The notes under the pieces were generated by a model, which saw only the letters and a program-made list of their open reading frames with translations, made no database searches and had not been told where the DNA came from. A DNA stretch of 64,000 nucleotides from Nostoc sp. (GTDB lineage: Bacteria; Cyanobacteriota; Cyanobacteriia; Cyanobacteriales; Nostocaceae): NCBI GenBank assembly GCA_036918135.1, contig JBALDB010000031.1, positions 32,001 to 96,000 on the forward strand, in the 5' to 3' direction. The translations under genes and the position numbers were made by a program. Positions 1 to 9,793 of this stretch are shown here, piece by piece; the first letter of the stretch is position 1; every line of letters starts with the position of its first letter.

Positions 1-956
1 AAACCTGCCAATGCTATGACAGTTATTACCAAGGTAGAAAAAAATACCCGTTTTTTCCCACGCTGATAGCGAGTTCCTTGAGCAGATAGCCCAAACATTC
101 GGAACAAAAGGGATGCTGAGAAATTGATGCCGCATAGTTGCAAAAACAGTAAGAACAGCCCCGAAGTTACCATATCCCACCTGCCGACTGCACTGGCCAT
201 ACCCACAATTCCCGCAGGTGGAGCCAAAGAAGCGGCTACTAACATCCCTGTCGCTGCCCCAGATACTAAACTACTTCGTTCTGACTGAACTAAGTTGATC
301 GCCCCTGCTGCTCCGGCTGCAAGTGGTAAAATCACTGCCACTGCTGAAACTTGGCTGTTTTCTACCATTAAAGTAGTGGGAATTTCTTGGCGTAATATCA
401 GACTGAGTAGCCAAGTGGTGACAATTGTGACTGTTAAAGCTGCAAAATATCGGAAAACACTAAGCCAGAGGAGTTGGCGATCGCCCCAAGCAGTAGCAAT
501 GGCTGTATTCATTGCTGGGCCTGCGAAAGGTGCAATCAGCATCGCTGCCACCAGCAAGTAACTTGTATTAGTATACAAGCCAATCCAAACTACAAAGCCT
601 GCTAGTGCCGCATAACCAAGAAAGCCTTGCCAAGAACCAACACTTTGCAAACCAGAGAGCAAAATCTCAATTGGACTGCGTTCTTCTACATCCACAACCT
701 GCTGTGGTGCTTGTGATGCGGGCGGTTGCAGAGTTATCACACCAGTCGGGATCAGCGTGATGTGTACTTTGGGCAAGTTTTGCAATTCCTCTATAAGTTT
801 TCCAACTTCTCGATTGGAAACGTGAACAATCGCTACATCAATCGGTTCGTCTGCATTTCCTTCCAATCGTGAGAGGTTTAAGCCATTGTGAGATTTGGCG
901 ATGTCAATAACTGCTTTTCCGTTTCCTCGTGGCACTCGGATAATGAGTTGGCGCAT
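1..956 (-). CDS. DUF389-family multi-pass membrane protein; 3' end runs off the window
   Basis: Missing from the ORF track. Manual translation from ATG 956 (preceded by AGGAGG) gives MRQLIIRVPRGNGKAVIDIA...LLVAAMLIAPFAGPAMNTAIATAWGD...GAATGMLVAASLAPPAGIVG, which are DUF389-type motifs. The frame is open to the window edge. Confidence 0.8.
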   Translation of the reverse strand, partial: MRQLIIRVPRGNGKAVIDIAKSHNGLNLSRLEGNADEPIDVAIVHVSNREVGKLIEELQNLPKVHITLIPTGVITLQPPASQAPQQVVDVEERSPIEILLSGLQSVGSWQGFLGYAALAGFVVWIGLYTNTSYLLVAAMLIAPFAGPAMNTAIATAWGDRQLLWLSVFRYFAALTVTIVTTWLLSLILRQEIPTTLMVENSQVSAVAVILPLAAGAAGAINLVQSERSSLVSGAATGMLVAASLAPPAGIVGMASAVGRWDMVTSGLFLLFLQLCGINFSASLLFRMFGLSAQGTRYQRGKKRVFFSTLVITVIALAG

Positions 957-1174
957 TTTCACCTCCTGCTGCTAACCATCTTGCTTTTTTAGCTAACAAC
1001 TCTACTATCCAAAGAAATATTTTTTGAAAGATGTATCTCATACTCAATTAACACTTGATTTTTGTTTGCATTGGTGTGTCTTAACGAAACAACTGGTAAT
1101 TGCAGCAGCTAATCAGGTTTATAGAAAAGGTTCGATCGCGTTATATTTTCAAATTTAGATTAAATTTAAATAGT

Positions 1175-1208
1175 GGAAAAAGCGTGGAGAACCACGCTAT
1201 ATTTTTCC
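1175..1208. terminator. Terminator-like hairpin in a divergent intergenic region
   Basis: AGCGTGG-AGAA-CCACGCT stem with GGAAAA and TTTTTCC flanks. Confidence 0.4.
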
Positions 1209-1436
1209 TAACCAACCTAATTTTTATATTTTTATTACCTAAGTTGAAGATTTTTCTCTTAGCATGAACCTTTACTCAAATATTTATTAAAACTTTTTAT
1301 TTGAAATGTTGCGTTATTTATATCTAAAGTGATAAGTATAATCATCCTTTAGTAGTATTTTTGATTGTGCGAGAAATTTCTCCACTAAATCTCCACTATT
1401 TACTAATAAATATTGAAGCATTAGAAAAATGAATTC

Positions 1437-2375
1437 TTGAAAAAACAGAGGGTATGGCTCGTGACTCAGTTAACTAAGCTAGTGTCAGCAGGTGCATCTT
1501 TACTAACTTTAAATTTGACAGTACTTGCAGTTGGCGCATTAGATACTTATGCTCAGTCTTCCCCTACAACTACCTTTAGTGATGTTCAACCTAATTACTG
1601 GGCGCAGCCATTTATCCGAGGTTTGGCTGCAAGAAATATTGTAACTGGATATCCTGATGGTACATTCCGACCAGAACAGCCAGTAGATCGGGATGAGTTT
1701 GCAGCAATCATTCGTAAAGCTTTTGACCAAGCACCAACTCGCCAGATAGAAAGTGGTGCTGTTTATAAAGATATTCCTAATAATTACTGGGCTACTCGTC
1801 CCATTGAAGAAGCATATCAACAAGGATTTATGTCGGGTTATCCTGGTGGCTACTTTCGTCCTAATCAACCTGTTTCTAAGATTGAGGCTATAGTTGCTTT
1901 AAACAATGGATTGAATCTCACTACTAATACATCAGCAGTTACCGTTCCCACAGTTACACAGAGAGTAGTTCCTCAAAACACACAACAAAAAACTGTAAAA
2001 AGACGTATTTTCATGCCACTGGGATTTACTACTTTGATCCAACCTTTATTAATACCAAAAGCCCAGGCTGTACCAACTGTTGAGCAAGCAACCCGTCCTG
2101 CATCATTTCTGATTACTAACACTTATGCAGATGCCAATAAGATTCCACAATATGCAGTTGGAGACGTAGCAACAGCAACCAGAAAAAATATAGTGGTGAA
2201 TTATCCAAATCTCAAAGTTCTAAATCCAAGTAAACCTGCTACTAGAGGGGAGATGACAGCTTTAATTTATCAGACTTTAGTTGCTCAGGGAAAAATAGAA
2301 CCACTTGCTATTAATTCACCTGCTAATCAGTATATTGTTCGTCCTGCTATTAGCAATCAAGCTAATTTGAAATAG
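1437..2375 (+). CDS. Secreted S-layer homology (SLH) domain protein
   Basis: Signal-peptide-like N-terminus. SLH motifs FSDVQPNYWA...GYPDGTFRPEQPVDRDEFAA and YKDIPNNYWA...GYPGGYFRPNQP, plus a third ending LNPSKPATRGEMTALIYQ. Confidence 0.9.
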   Translation: MKKQRVWLVTQLTKLVSAGASLLTLNLTVLAVGALDTYAQSSPTTTFSDVQPNYWAQPFIRGLAARNIVTGYPDGTFRPEQPVDRDEFAAIIRKAFDQAPTRQIESGAVYKDIPNNYWATRPIEEAYQQGFMSGYPGGYFRPNQPVSKIEAIVALNNGLNLTTNTSAVTVPTVTQRVVPQNTQQKTVKRRIFMPLGFTTLIQPLLIPKAQAVPTVEQATRPASFLITNTYADANKIPQYAVGDVATATRKNIVVNYPNLKVLNPSKPATRGEMTALIYQTLVAQGKIEPLAINSPANQYIVRPAISNQANLK

Positions 2376-2545
2376 GTTGCGATCGCCCTTGGCAGTTCCT
2401 AAAGGAACATCGCGTAGCGTCTCCGTAGGAGAATCACCTATGGTGGGGCGTAGCCCATCGCTAACTGTGACGAGAATGGCAAAATATTAAAATAGAGCAA
2501 TCCTTAAAGAATACCTGCGGCAGTAGGGTAGTGAGTTAGATAGGG
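2361..2545. repeat. Degenerate direct-repeat copy of 5028-5212: small hairpin repeats plus a pseudogenised 3' end of the SPP-like domain
   Basis: Aligns by eye with 5028-5212. The minus strand reads YLTHYPTAAGIL*GLLYFNILPF here versus FLANYPGAAGILEGLIYFKILPF in the other copy. Confidence 0.85.
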
Positions 2546-2657
2546 GAGCAATGTGAAGTAAGTTTTGTTGTATATAAAATAGATTAGTTGCTGATATCGA
2601 TAATTGCCCAAGTACAATGAACAAGCACTAAAGTGGTGTAGTTTTTGGGGGTGAGGT

Positions 2658-4988
2658 TTGAGTTTATTTCGTAGGAATTACAGGCAAACTAGACCTAAGA
2701 GTAAGCGATCGCATCTAAAAAACCGTCTCTATTCTACTGGGATGTTTGTGTTTGTCGTCCTATCTCTCTCCAGTGGACTAGGCTACCATTTTTATAACCA
2801 ACCAAAACTGGATGTAGGTAAGATAGCTCCCCAAACGCTGACCGCACCAAGTTCAGCCAATGTTGAAGATGTAAAAACAACAGAAGAAAGACGCAGGGAG
2901 GCTCGTAGCGGTGCTTCAGCAGTCTGGGTTGACGACCCAGTAATTAATGAGCAAATTCACCAAAATCTCCAGCAATTATTTACAAAAGGCAATCAAATCC
3001 GCGAAAATTTGGGCAATTTTCCCTTTGTTAAGACTTCAGTGTTGTCCACTGCTACACAAACTTACCTGCGACAAGCACCAGAACCTCAATGGCAGCAAGT
3101 ATTACGAGGTTTGGATAAAAATAGCAATCTGACTGGTTTAAATTCTGCCCAGCAGCTAGCAGTGAAAAAACTGCGAACTTACCGAGAGTCTAACTCCTCC
3201 CAGGCTTTTGCTCAACTATTAAAAGCGATCGCCCAAGCTCGTCAGCGCTATAATATCAGCCTAAATGCCCTGAGCGCGATGTCTAAAGACAACACGCAAA
3301 GCATCTATGCCCAACCCGAAACCCTTTACGATGCCACTTTCTTAAACCTGTCTGATGCAGATTGGCAAAAAACTCAAATCCAAGTGCGTCAAACTTTAGA
3401 CCGAATGTTAGCACAGGGCATTTATCCAGGGTTATCCAAGACGAACCTGAACTATGCAATCGGGATGCAGGTGAGTGTTTCTGTGCCAGAAACAGCACAA
3501 CCTTTAGCAAGGCGATTGCTATCAGCGGCGATCGCACCAAATTTAATTAAAGACATTGAGCAAACCAAGCTGATTGCAGAACAAGCCGCCCAAGAAGTAG
3601 AACCAACGATCGTCAGCATTCAAAAAGGTGAAGTTATCGTTCAGGCTAAAGCAAAAATTACTCAGGCTGATTTTGTTCTATTAGACCACTTTCACTTGAG
3701 TCAACGCGGAATCGATTGGCTGCATCTGATTCGTTTTGGTGGGATGGTAGGATTGGCTGTGGCTGTTTTCAAACTGGTAGAACGAAGGATTGACGCTAAA
3801 TTACGACCAAGCGATTATCTCTTGATACTGCTTCTTACTCTCAGTGCGCCGTTATTAATAATCTTGACCAAATCATTTACAGGCTTACCTGCTATTGGTT
3901 TGCTTGTTGGTAGCTTCTACGGTACTGCGATCGGGGGTACTGTTATGGGGTTACTAACGATATTGCTCTCAATGGGAACGGAACTTAGCTGGCATTATTT
4001 AGTACCTAGTGCAGCTGGTGGAATTCTTGGCGGATTGATGGCGGGACAATGGCGATTCCCTGGTAGAGAAGCACTGCGAACGCGAGAGGAATTAGCTACC
4101 TTGGGAATCTTAATTGGGTTGACGCAGGGAGTAGTTTATTTGTTGGTCAACACTGCGATCGCACCCCTTTGGTATGCTGTGCTGGGTGCAGCAGTCCTCA
4201 ACAGTTTAGCTGGGTTAGTTTGGAGCATCTTAGCACTAGGTTTAAGCCCCTACCTAGAAGCTTTATTCGATCTAGTCACACCTATTCGTCTGGCTGAATT
4301 GTCCAATCCCAACCGACCTTTATTAAAACGCCTAGCTGATGAAGCTCCTGGAACTTTCCAGCACACACTGTTTGTCGCTACTCTCGCAGAAGCTGCGGCA
4401 CGAGCATTAAATTGTAATGTGGAACTGGTTAGGGCTGGGATTCTCTATCATGACATTGGTAAAATGCACGATCCTCTAGCATTTATTGAAAATCAAATGG
4501 GAGGTATTAATAAACACGATGTGATTAACGATCCCTGGAAAAGTGCCGAAATTATCAAAAAGCATGTGAGCGAAGGATTGGTAATGGCTCGTCAGCACAA
4601 GCTACCGAGCGCTATTCAAGCATTTATTCCCGAACATCAAGGAACCATCTTAATTGCATATTTCTACCAACAAGCACGGCAACAGCAACAAAATCCTGAA
4701 AAAGTTTTACACGAATCAGATTTCCGCTATGACGGCCCCATTCCCCAATCCAAAGAAACGGGAATTGCTATATTGGCTGATGCTTGTGAAGCGGCCTTAC
4801 GCTCCCTCAAAGACGCAACCCCAGAAGCCGCACTGGCAATGGTAAATAAAATCCTGAAAGCACGTTGGCAGGATAATCAGTTGGTAGATTCAGGGTTAAC
4901 ACGCGCAGAGATGTCTCAAATTGCTCATATTTTTGTCCAGGTTTGGCAGCAATTTCATCACCAACGGATTGCCTATCCTAAACTTTAG
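2658..4988 (+). CDS. 7TM-HD family phosphohydrolase (PgpH-like putative cyclic-di-AMP phosphodiesterase)
   Basis: N-terminal TM, large extracellular domain and multiple TM helices, followed by HD domain motifs PGTFQHT, YHDIGK, EHQGT, YDGPIPQSKE and LADACEAA. Confidence 0.88.
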   Translation: MSLFRRNYRQTRPKSKRSHLKNRLYSTGMFVFVVLSLSSGLGYHFYNQPKLDVGKIAPQTLTAPSSANVEDVKTTEERRREARSGASAVWVDDPVINEQIHQNLQQLFTKGNQIRENLGNFPFVKTSVLSTATQTYLRQAPEPQWQQVLRGLDKNSNLTGLNSAQQLAVKKLRTYRESNSSQAFAQLLKAIAQARQRYNISLNALSAMSKDNTQSIYAQPETLYDATFLNLSDADWQKTQIQVRQTLDRMLAQGIYPGLSKTNLNYAIGMQVSVSVPETAQPLARRLLSAAIAPNLIKDIEQTKLIAEQAAQEVEPTIVSIQKGEVIVQAKAKITQADFVLLDHFHLSQRGIDWLHLIRFGGMVGLAVAVFKLVERRIDAKLRPSDYLLILLLTLSAPLLIILTKSFTGLPAIGLLVGSFYGTAIGGTVMGLLTILLSMGTELSWHYLVPSAAGGILGGLMAGQWRFPGREALRTREELATLGILIGLTQGVVYLLVNTAIAPLWYAVLGAAVLNSLAGLVWSILALGLSPYLEALFDLVTPIRLAELSNPNRPLLKRLADEAPGTFQHTLFVATLAEAAARALNCNVELVRAGILYHDIGKMHDPLAFIENQMGGINKHDVINDPWKSAEIIKKHVSEGLVMARQHKLPSAIQAFIPEHQGTILIAYFYQQARQQQQNPEKVLHESDFRYDGPIPQSKETGIAILADACEAALRSLKDATPEAALAMVNKILKARWQDNQLVDSGLTRAEMSQIAHIFVQVWQQFHHQRIAYPKL

Positions 4989-5027
4989 ATATTAGCTAAA
5001 GCTACTCCTGGATTTCCAAAGGATAGA

Positions 5028-5212
5028 GTTAATTAGAAATGGGTTGCGATCGCCCTTGGCGGCTCCTAAAGGAGCATCGAGTAGCGTCTCCGTAGGAGAA
5101 TCACCGATGGTGGGGCGTAGTCCATCGCCATTTATTAGGGAATGGTAAAATCTTAAAATAAATCAAGCCTTCAAGAATACCTGCGGCACCAGGGTAGTTA
5201 GCTAGAAAGTGC
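5028..5212. repeat. Second copy of the ~185 bp direct repeat; overlaps the 3' end of the GT4 gene
   Basis: ggttgcgatcgcccttggcggctcctaaaggagcatc...tagcgtctccgtaggagaatcaccgatggtggggcgtag...aagaatacctgcggca matches the copy starting at 2361. Confidence 0.85.
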
Positions 5213-6645
5213 CAAGGATAATGTGTTTTGTAATACCACGAAAGGAGTTGCGTTTGGGCATTACTAACGATAATTCCAACTGATGGTAGTTGAAATAAAC
5301 TGATGTCATTTCCAGAACCTCCACAGACGATAGTTGCTTCTGATTGCGCTTGCAGTAATTGTTGCAAATATGCAGTTGCTCTACCTTTATTACTGTTCTT
5401 GGGTATGATATCAACGTCTCGTCCATTACTAAAAATTACTTCATGAACCCAATTTTGTGCAGTATTGCCATAGTTCTCTCTTAAGATGGGGTTTTCTAAT
5501 AGATTGTGAATAGCGATCGCCAATGCCTTAGAATCACGAGGAGGAACTAAAAGTCCAGTTTCACCATGCACCACTGTATGCTGTAAACCTCCCACATTGC
5601 TAGCAATTACAGGTGTTCCGGCTGCCATTGCCTCAATTGCAACTAAACCAAAAGGTTCGTAATAACTCGGCATAACGCAGACATTCCCTGCGGCATAGTA
5701 AGTAGGTAACAGCGCTTGAGAAATTTGACCGATAAAAACTGTCACTGCTTCTAATCCCAGTTCGTTCGCTAAAGCTTGAATGCGTTGTTGTTCTTGGAAG
5801 TCTGCGCCATCTTCGCGGCTACCACCAACTAGATAAAGTTGAAATGCTGAAAGCAAACTAGCGCAGGCTTTTACTAAGGTTTCAACTCCCTTACGAGGGT
5901 CAAAGCGTCTTACATACAAAATAATCTGAGAATCTAAAGCAATTCCTAACTGTTGCCGAGCAACTTCTTTATTGATAGAACCAAAGTGTTCAGTATTAAT
6001 CCCGCAGGGAATAACTTTAATACGTCCATGCTGCGAAATTAACTGACGTAGGTCTTCTGCTTCTTGGGGACTAATAGAAATTACACAATCTACTTGTTCT
6101 AAAATTGCCCTTTCTACACAATGGCGAATAGCAGCAATCTGCGGTGGATTTTCTACATTACGATATTTAACTGCCCCTATAGAATGATAAGTATGAACTT
6201 GGGGTAATCCCAATCGAGATTTAAGTTCTAATCCCACCCAACCAGAAAGCCAATAATTAGTGTGAATTAGTGCATAATTGCGTCCTGTTCGCTGTTGAAA
6301 ACTCAGCCAAGCTTCGACAAATTGTGGTAAATATTCAAATAAATTGTTTCTAGAAATGAATTTTGCCGGCCCAGCATTTAGACGAATTGTGCGACACCCT
6401 GGTGCTAATTCCACAATTTCTTCTTGATTGGGATGTTCGCGTCGGGTAAACATATCAACCTGACAGCCGCGTTTTGCTAATGCCAACCCCAGTTCTCGCA
6501 CGTAGACATTTTGACCGCCAGCCCCTTCTTTACCTATTTCAGCTGTCGGATCGCCGTGAACTGAAATTAGCGCGTAAGAGGTTTGAGAATTTGGCGTTTC
6601 TGGAGCCAAATTTTCTAAAGATTGAACTAAATTTAGAGAATTCAT
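5101..6645 (-). CDS. GT4 glycosyltransferase (sucrose-phosphate-synthase-like) fused in frame to the C-terminal half of a sucrose-phosphatase-like HAD domain; probably degenerate
   Basis: GT4/SPS motifs ISVHGDP...GGQNVYV, HTNYWLSG and EPFGLVAIEAMA, then DVDIIPKNSNKGRA...CGGSGNDISLF...AAGILEGL (SPP C-half). No N-terminal HAD DxD motif. Confidence 0.8.
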   Translation of the reverse strand: MNSLNLVQSLENLAPETPNSQTSYALISVHGDPTAEIGKEGAGGQNVYVRELGLALAKRGCQVDMFTRREHPNQEEIVELAPGCRTIRLNAGPAKFISRNNLFEYLPQFVEAWLSFQQRTGRNYALIHTNYWLSGWVGLELKSRLGLPQVHTYHSIGAVKYRNVENPPQIAAIRHCVERAILEQVDCVISISPQEAEDLRQLISQHGRIKVIPCGINTEHFGSINKEVARQQLGIALDSQIILYVRRFDPRKGVETLVKACASLLSAFQLYLVGGSREDGADFQEQQRIQALANELGLEAVTVFIGQISQALLPTYYAAGNVCVMPSYYEPFGLVAIEAMAAGTPVIASNVGGLQHTVVHGETGLLVPPRDSKALAIAIHNLLENPILRENYGNTAQNWVHEVIFSNGRDVDIIPKNSNKGRATAYLQQLLQAQSEATIVCGGSGNDISLFQLPSVGIIVSNAQTQLLSWYYKTHYPWHFLANYPGAAGILEGLIYFKILPFPNKWRWTTPHHR

Positions 6646-6664
6646 AATTAAAATTTATTTGTAG

Positions 6665-6820
6665 ATGACACAAATTGTCATGCTTACAGCCAAAGATGAG
6701 GATATTGATAAAATTTGGGGTTTAGAAGCAGGTGCAGATGATTATGTTACTAAGCCCTTCAATACCCGCGAACTACTGGCACGCATTAAAGCAGTGTTGC
6801 GTCGTCGTTCTGGGGAGTAG
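6665..6820 (+). pseudogene. 5'-truncated response regulator (C-terminal half of a receiver domain)
   Basis: [51 protein letters not shown]. The acidic pocket and phospho-Asp region are missing. It starts 19 bp from the divergent GT4 start. Confidence 0.85.
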
Positions 6821-6825
6821 TCTTT

Positions 6826-8271
6826 ATGAAAGGCTGGATAGCTGGGATTAAATTAAATACAATTTATGTCAAGCTGTTAGGCACATACCTGATGCTGATA
6901 ACTTTTGGAATGTCATTAATGGCAGGTTATATCCTGTGGTCGTTCCATAATTACTTTATGCGATCGCGACAAGTAGATTTGGATAACTGGACGAGTGCGT
7001 TAAGTGAAAGTGTTGCAGATGGACTAGAAGAAAAAGATATCCAACGGATAAAGGTACTAGTGCAACGTTATGGCGCACCATAAAATTTAACGCTACGTGT
7101 TTTTAGTCAACAAGGCAGTCTATTAGCCACTTCTGACCCTAAATTAGATAGTCAAGTTAAAGATTGGTATCAAGTTCCGGGAATGCGAGAAGCTCTACAA
7201 AATCGTGTCAAACAAGGGATTGCCAAAGGTGTTTTGTCAAAAGACGATCGCCTATATATCGCTAGACCGATTGAGCGTAACGGTCAATTGTTGGGTGTAA
7301 TCCGCATGTCTATGACTTTGGAGCAGTTTCAGCGACAGTTTGCTAGGGTAATTTGGAGTGTTTTAGGAACGCTAGCATTAACGATTCTCCTGTGTGCGTT
7401 AATTAGCAGTCGCTTTGCTCGCAGTCTCTCAAAACCAATTGAGATGATGCGGAACTTTGCCATTCGCTTGGGTAGCGGTCATTTTGGCGATAAATTGACA
7501 ATCCATGAGAACAATAAGTTAGATCAATTGACAATCGAACTCAACCGGATGAGTGAGCGGTTAGCTTCCCTAGACAAAGAACGACGGGTGTTTTTAGCCA
7601 ATGTCTCCCATGAACTGCGTACCCCTATCAGTAACGTTCAGGTGACAGTAGATGCACTTAAAGGCGGAGCCTATGAAGAACCAGAATTACGCGATCGCTT
7701 TTTCCAAACTATCGAAAACGAAACCAAGCGTTTATCACGATTGATTCATGACTAACTGGATTTAGGACGTTTGGAAGCAGGAGTCGCTGAACTAGAAAAG
7801 CAAACCATCTCGCTGCATGGATTGATTAACCGTGCTGTCAATGCAGTAGAACCGCGAATGCGAACTCTAGGAATTTCTATACAAGTGAACGTAGAAAACT
7901 TAATGATACATGGCGATTCAGAACGATTGTTACAAGCGATTCTCAATTTATTGGATAATGCGATTAAGCACTCACCAGCCAATTCTCAAGTATTGATTTC
8001 TGGATACAGCCAAGGAAAACAAGCTATCATTCAAATTCAAGATCGGGGACAAGGCATAAAAGAGGGCGATCTACCCCGAATTTTTGAGCAATTTTATACA
8101 ACAGACCCCGCACGCAAAGGTAGTGGCAATGGTCTGGGGTTAGCAATTTCCAAGCGGATTATTGAAGCGCATCAAGGCAGTATTATAGCCAGCAGCACAC
8201 CAAATCAAGGGGCAACTTTTACTATATACTTGCCGATAATTCGTAATGACACTCGCTGTAACTTGAACTAA
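6826..8271 (+). pseudogene. Membrane HAMP sensor histidine kinase interrupted by two in-frame TAA codons
   Basis: ORFs 6826-7083, 7183-7755 and 7771-8271 share one frame, with stops at 7081-7083 and 7753-7755. Motifs: H-box SHELRTP, N-box NLLDNAIKH, G-boxes DRGQGI and GNGLGL. Confidence 0.9.
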
Positions 8272-8287
8272 AAAATGAAATTTTAGC

Positions 8288-9667
8288 TTACGATGCTGGA
8301 AATTCAGATTCGACCTCTGTTGCCACTTCCTTTAATTCAGGAAATACGAACCTTAACAAGGGAGGGGCTAAAAAGGTCGTAAGGATAACCATCATGATAA
8401 TTGCTGCCCCCAGTGATTTAGAGAGAACACCACTAGCAGTACCAACACCAGCAAACACCAGTCCTACTTCACCTCTGGGGATCATTCCCACACCAATTGC
8501 TAAACGATTGATTTGGGGTTGACCAAATACACTGAAACCTGCGATCGCTTTGCTGACGATGGCTACGACAACTAAGAAAGTTGCCATAATTAGACCTTCG
8601 CGATTGCTAGGAATTGCTGGGTTCAATACTCCCAAGTCAGTTTTCGCCCCAACAGTCACAAAGAAAATCGGCACTAGCATATCGGCAATGGGAATAACTT
8701 GTTTTTGCAGTTCTTTGCGCTTATCAGTCTCCTCTAGGACTAAACCCGCCGCAAAAGCTCCGAGAATTGCTTCTAAGTGAATAACGGTGGCAAGGTATGC
8801 CATAGCAAAGGCGAAGATGAATGCTGGTATCACCAGTCCACCGCGTGTCTTGAGTGCATCAGCGATCGCCACAAAGGTCTTGTTGAAAACATTGCCTAGT
8901 AGAATTGCTCCCAAAATAAAACCAGTGGCGCTGATCATCAAATAAATGACTTTATTTACATCCACCACACCATCTTTGGCTAAACTGGCGACTACTGCCA
9001 AGATGATAATTCCTAGTACGTCGTCAATCACAGCAGCACCAAGGATAATCTGCCCTTCTTTAGAATTAAGTCGTCCCAGTTCTGACAGTACTTTAGAAGT
9101 GATACCAATACTAGTGGCGGTCAAAGCAGCCCCCGCAAAAATAGCGGGTACAGCACTAATACCAAACAAAGTCATCAAGCTGACAGTACCCACAGCAAAG
9201 GGTATTGTCACCCCCACCACTGCCACAATAGTGGCTTGGATACCGACTGCCATCAGTTCTTTTAAGTTTGATTCCAAGCCAATTTCAAACAGCAGGATGA
9301 TCGCACCCAATTCTGCTAAAACAGAAATGACTTCGGATTGGGCTGCAAACACCGCTGGAGTGGCTTGGGGACTCAAACCAGCAGTGGTTTGGAGGAAAGC
9401 CATGAGCAAAGAGCCAGAACTGTCTGCACCACCTTCTGGAAATACCAACAGATGTAAAACAGAGATGCCCACCACCACACCACCTACAAGTTCCCCTAAA
9501 ACAGGGGGCAACCCTACTTGATTTAATAATTCACCACCCACTTTACTGGCGAGGTAGATTACTACTAAACTCAGTAGCACTGCGGCTACTACCATTGAAC
9601 TGTCTGCTGCTTCTGTTGTGCTGGCAACCAGAGGGAAATAGAAGTTGATTGCACTTAAAAACTGCAT
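8288..9667 (-). CDS. CPA2-family Na+/H+ antiporter (NhaS3-like)
   Basis: Highly hydrophobic. Motifs LFEIGLES, ATSIGIT, GAAVIDDVLG and GMIPRGEVG. Confidence 0.9.
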   Translation of the reverse strand: MQFLSAINFYFPLVASTTEAADSSMVVAAVLLSLVVIYLASKVGGELLNQVGLPPVLGELVGGVVVGISVLHLLVFPEGGADSSGSLLMAFLQTTAGLSPQATPAVFAAQSEVISVLAELGAIILLFEIGLESNLKELMAVGIQATIVAVVGVTIPFAVGTVSLMTLFGISAVPAIFAGAALTATSIGITSKVLSELGRLNSKEGQIILGAAVIDDVLGIIILAVVASLAKDGVVDVNKVIYLMISATGFILGAILLGNVFNKTFVAIADALKTRGGLVIPAFIFAFAMAYLATVIHLEAILGAFAAGLVLEETDKRKELQKQVIPIADMLVPIFFVTVGAKTDLGVLNPAIPSNREGLIMATFLVVVAIVSKAIAGFSVFGQPQINRLAIGVGMIPRGEVGLVFAGVGTASGVLSKSLGAAIIMMVILTTFLAPPLLRFVFPELKEVATEVESEFPAS

Positions 9668-9726
9668 TTTTTTTGTAAAATTCTAATACGTTCTGCAAAA
9701 ATTTTCTCTTTTTGGTTCATAGCACA

Positions 9727-9790
9727 CTCGCGGACTCGCTAACGTAATTCGTAATACTCGCCTCTAGCGAGAAGCAAACTACGTAATTCT
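9727..9790. repeat. Cluster of small dispersed and heptameric repeats (CGTAATT units, CTCGC..GCGAG hairpin)
   Basis: cgtaattcgtaat, ctcgcctctagcgag and ctacgtaatt between the antiporter and ClC genes. Confidence 0.55.
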
Positions 9791-9793
9791 TAA

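Noticed and set aside
295..561. 88-aa plus-strand ORF
   Set aside because: Antisense shadow of the DUF389 gene, which the ORF track missed because it runs off the window.
8946..9521. 191-aa plus-strand ORF and similar antisense ORFs inside ClC, cheA, ftsH and upp
   Set aside because: They lie opposite well-supported genes and have no motifs of their own.
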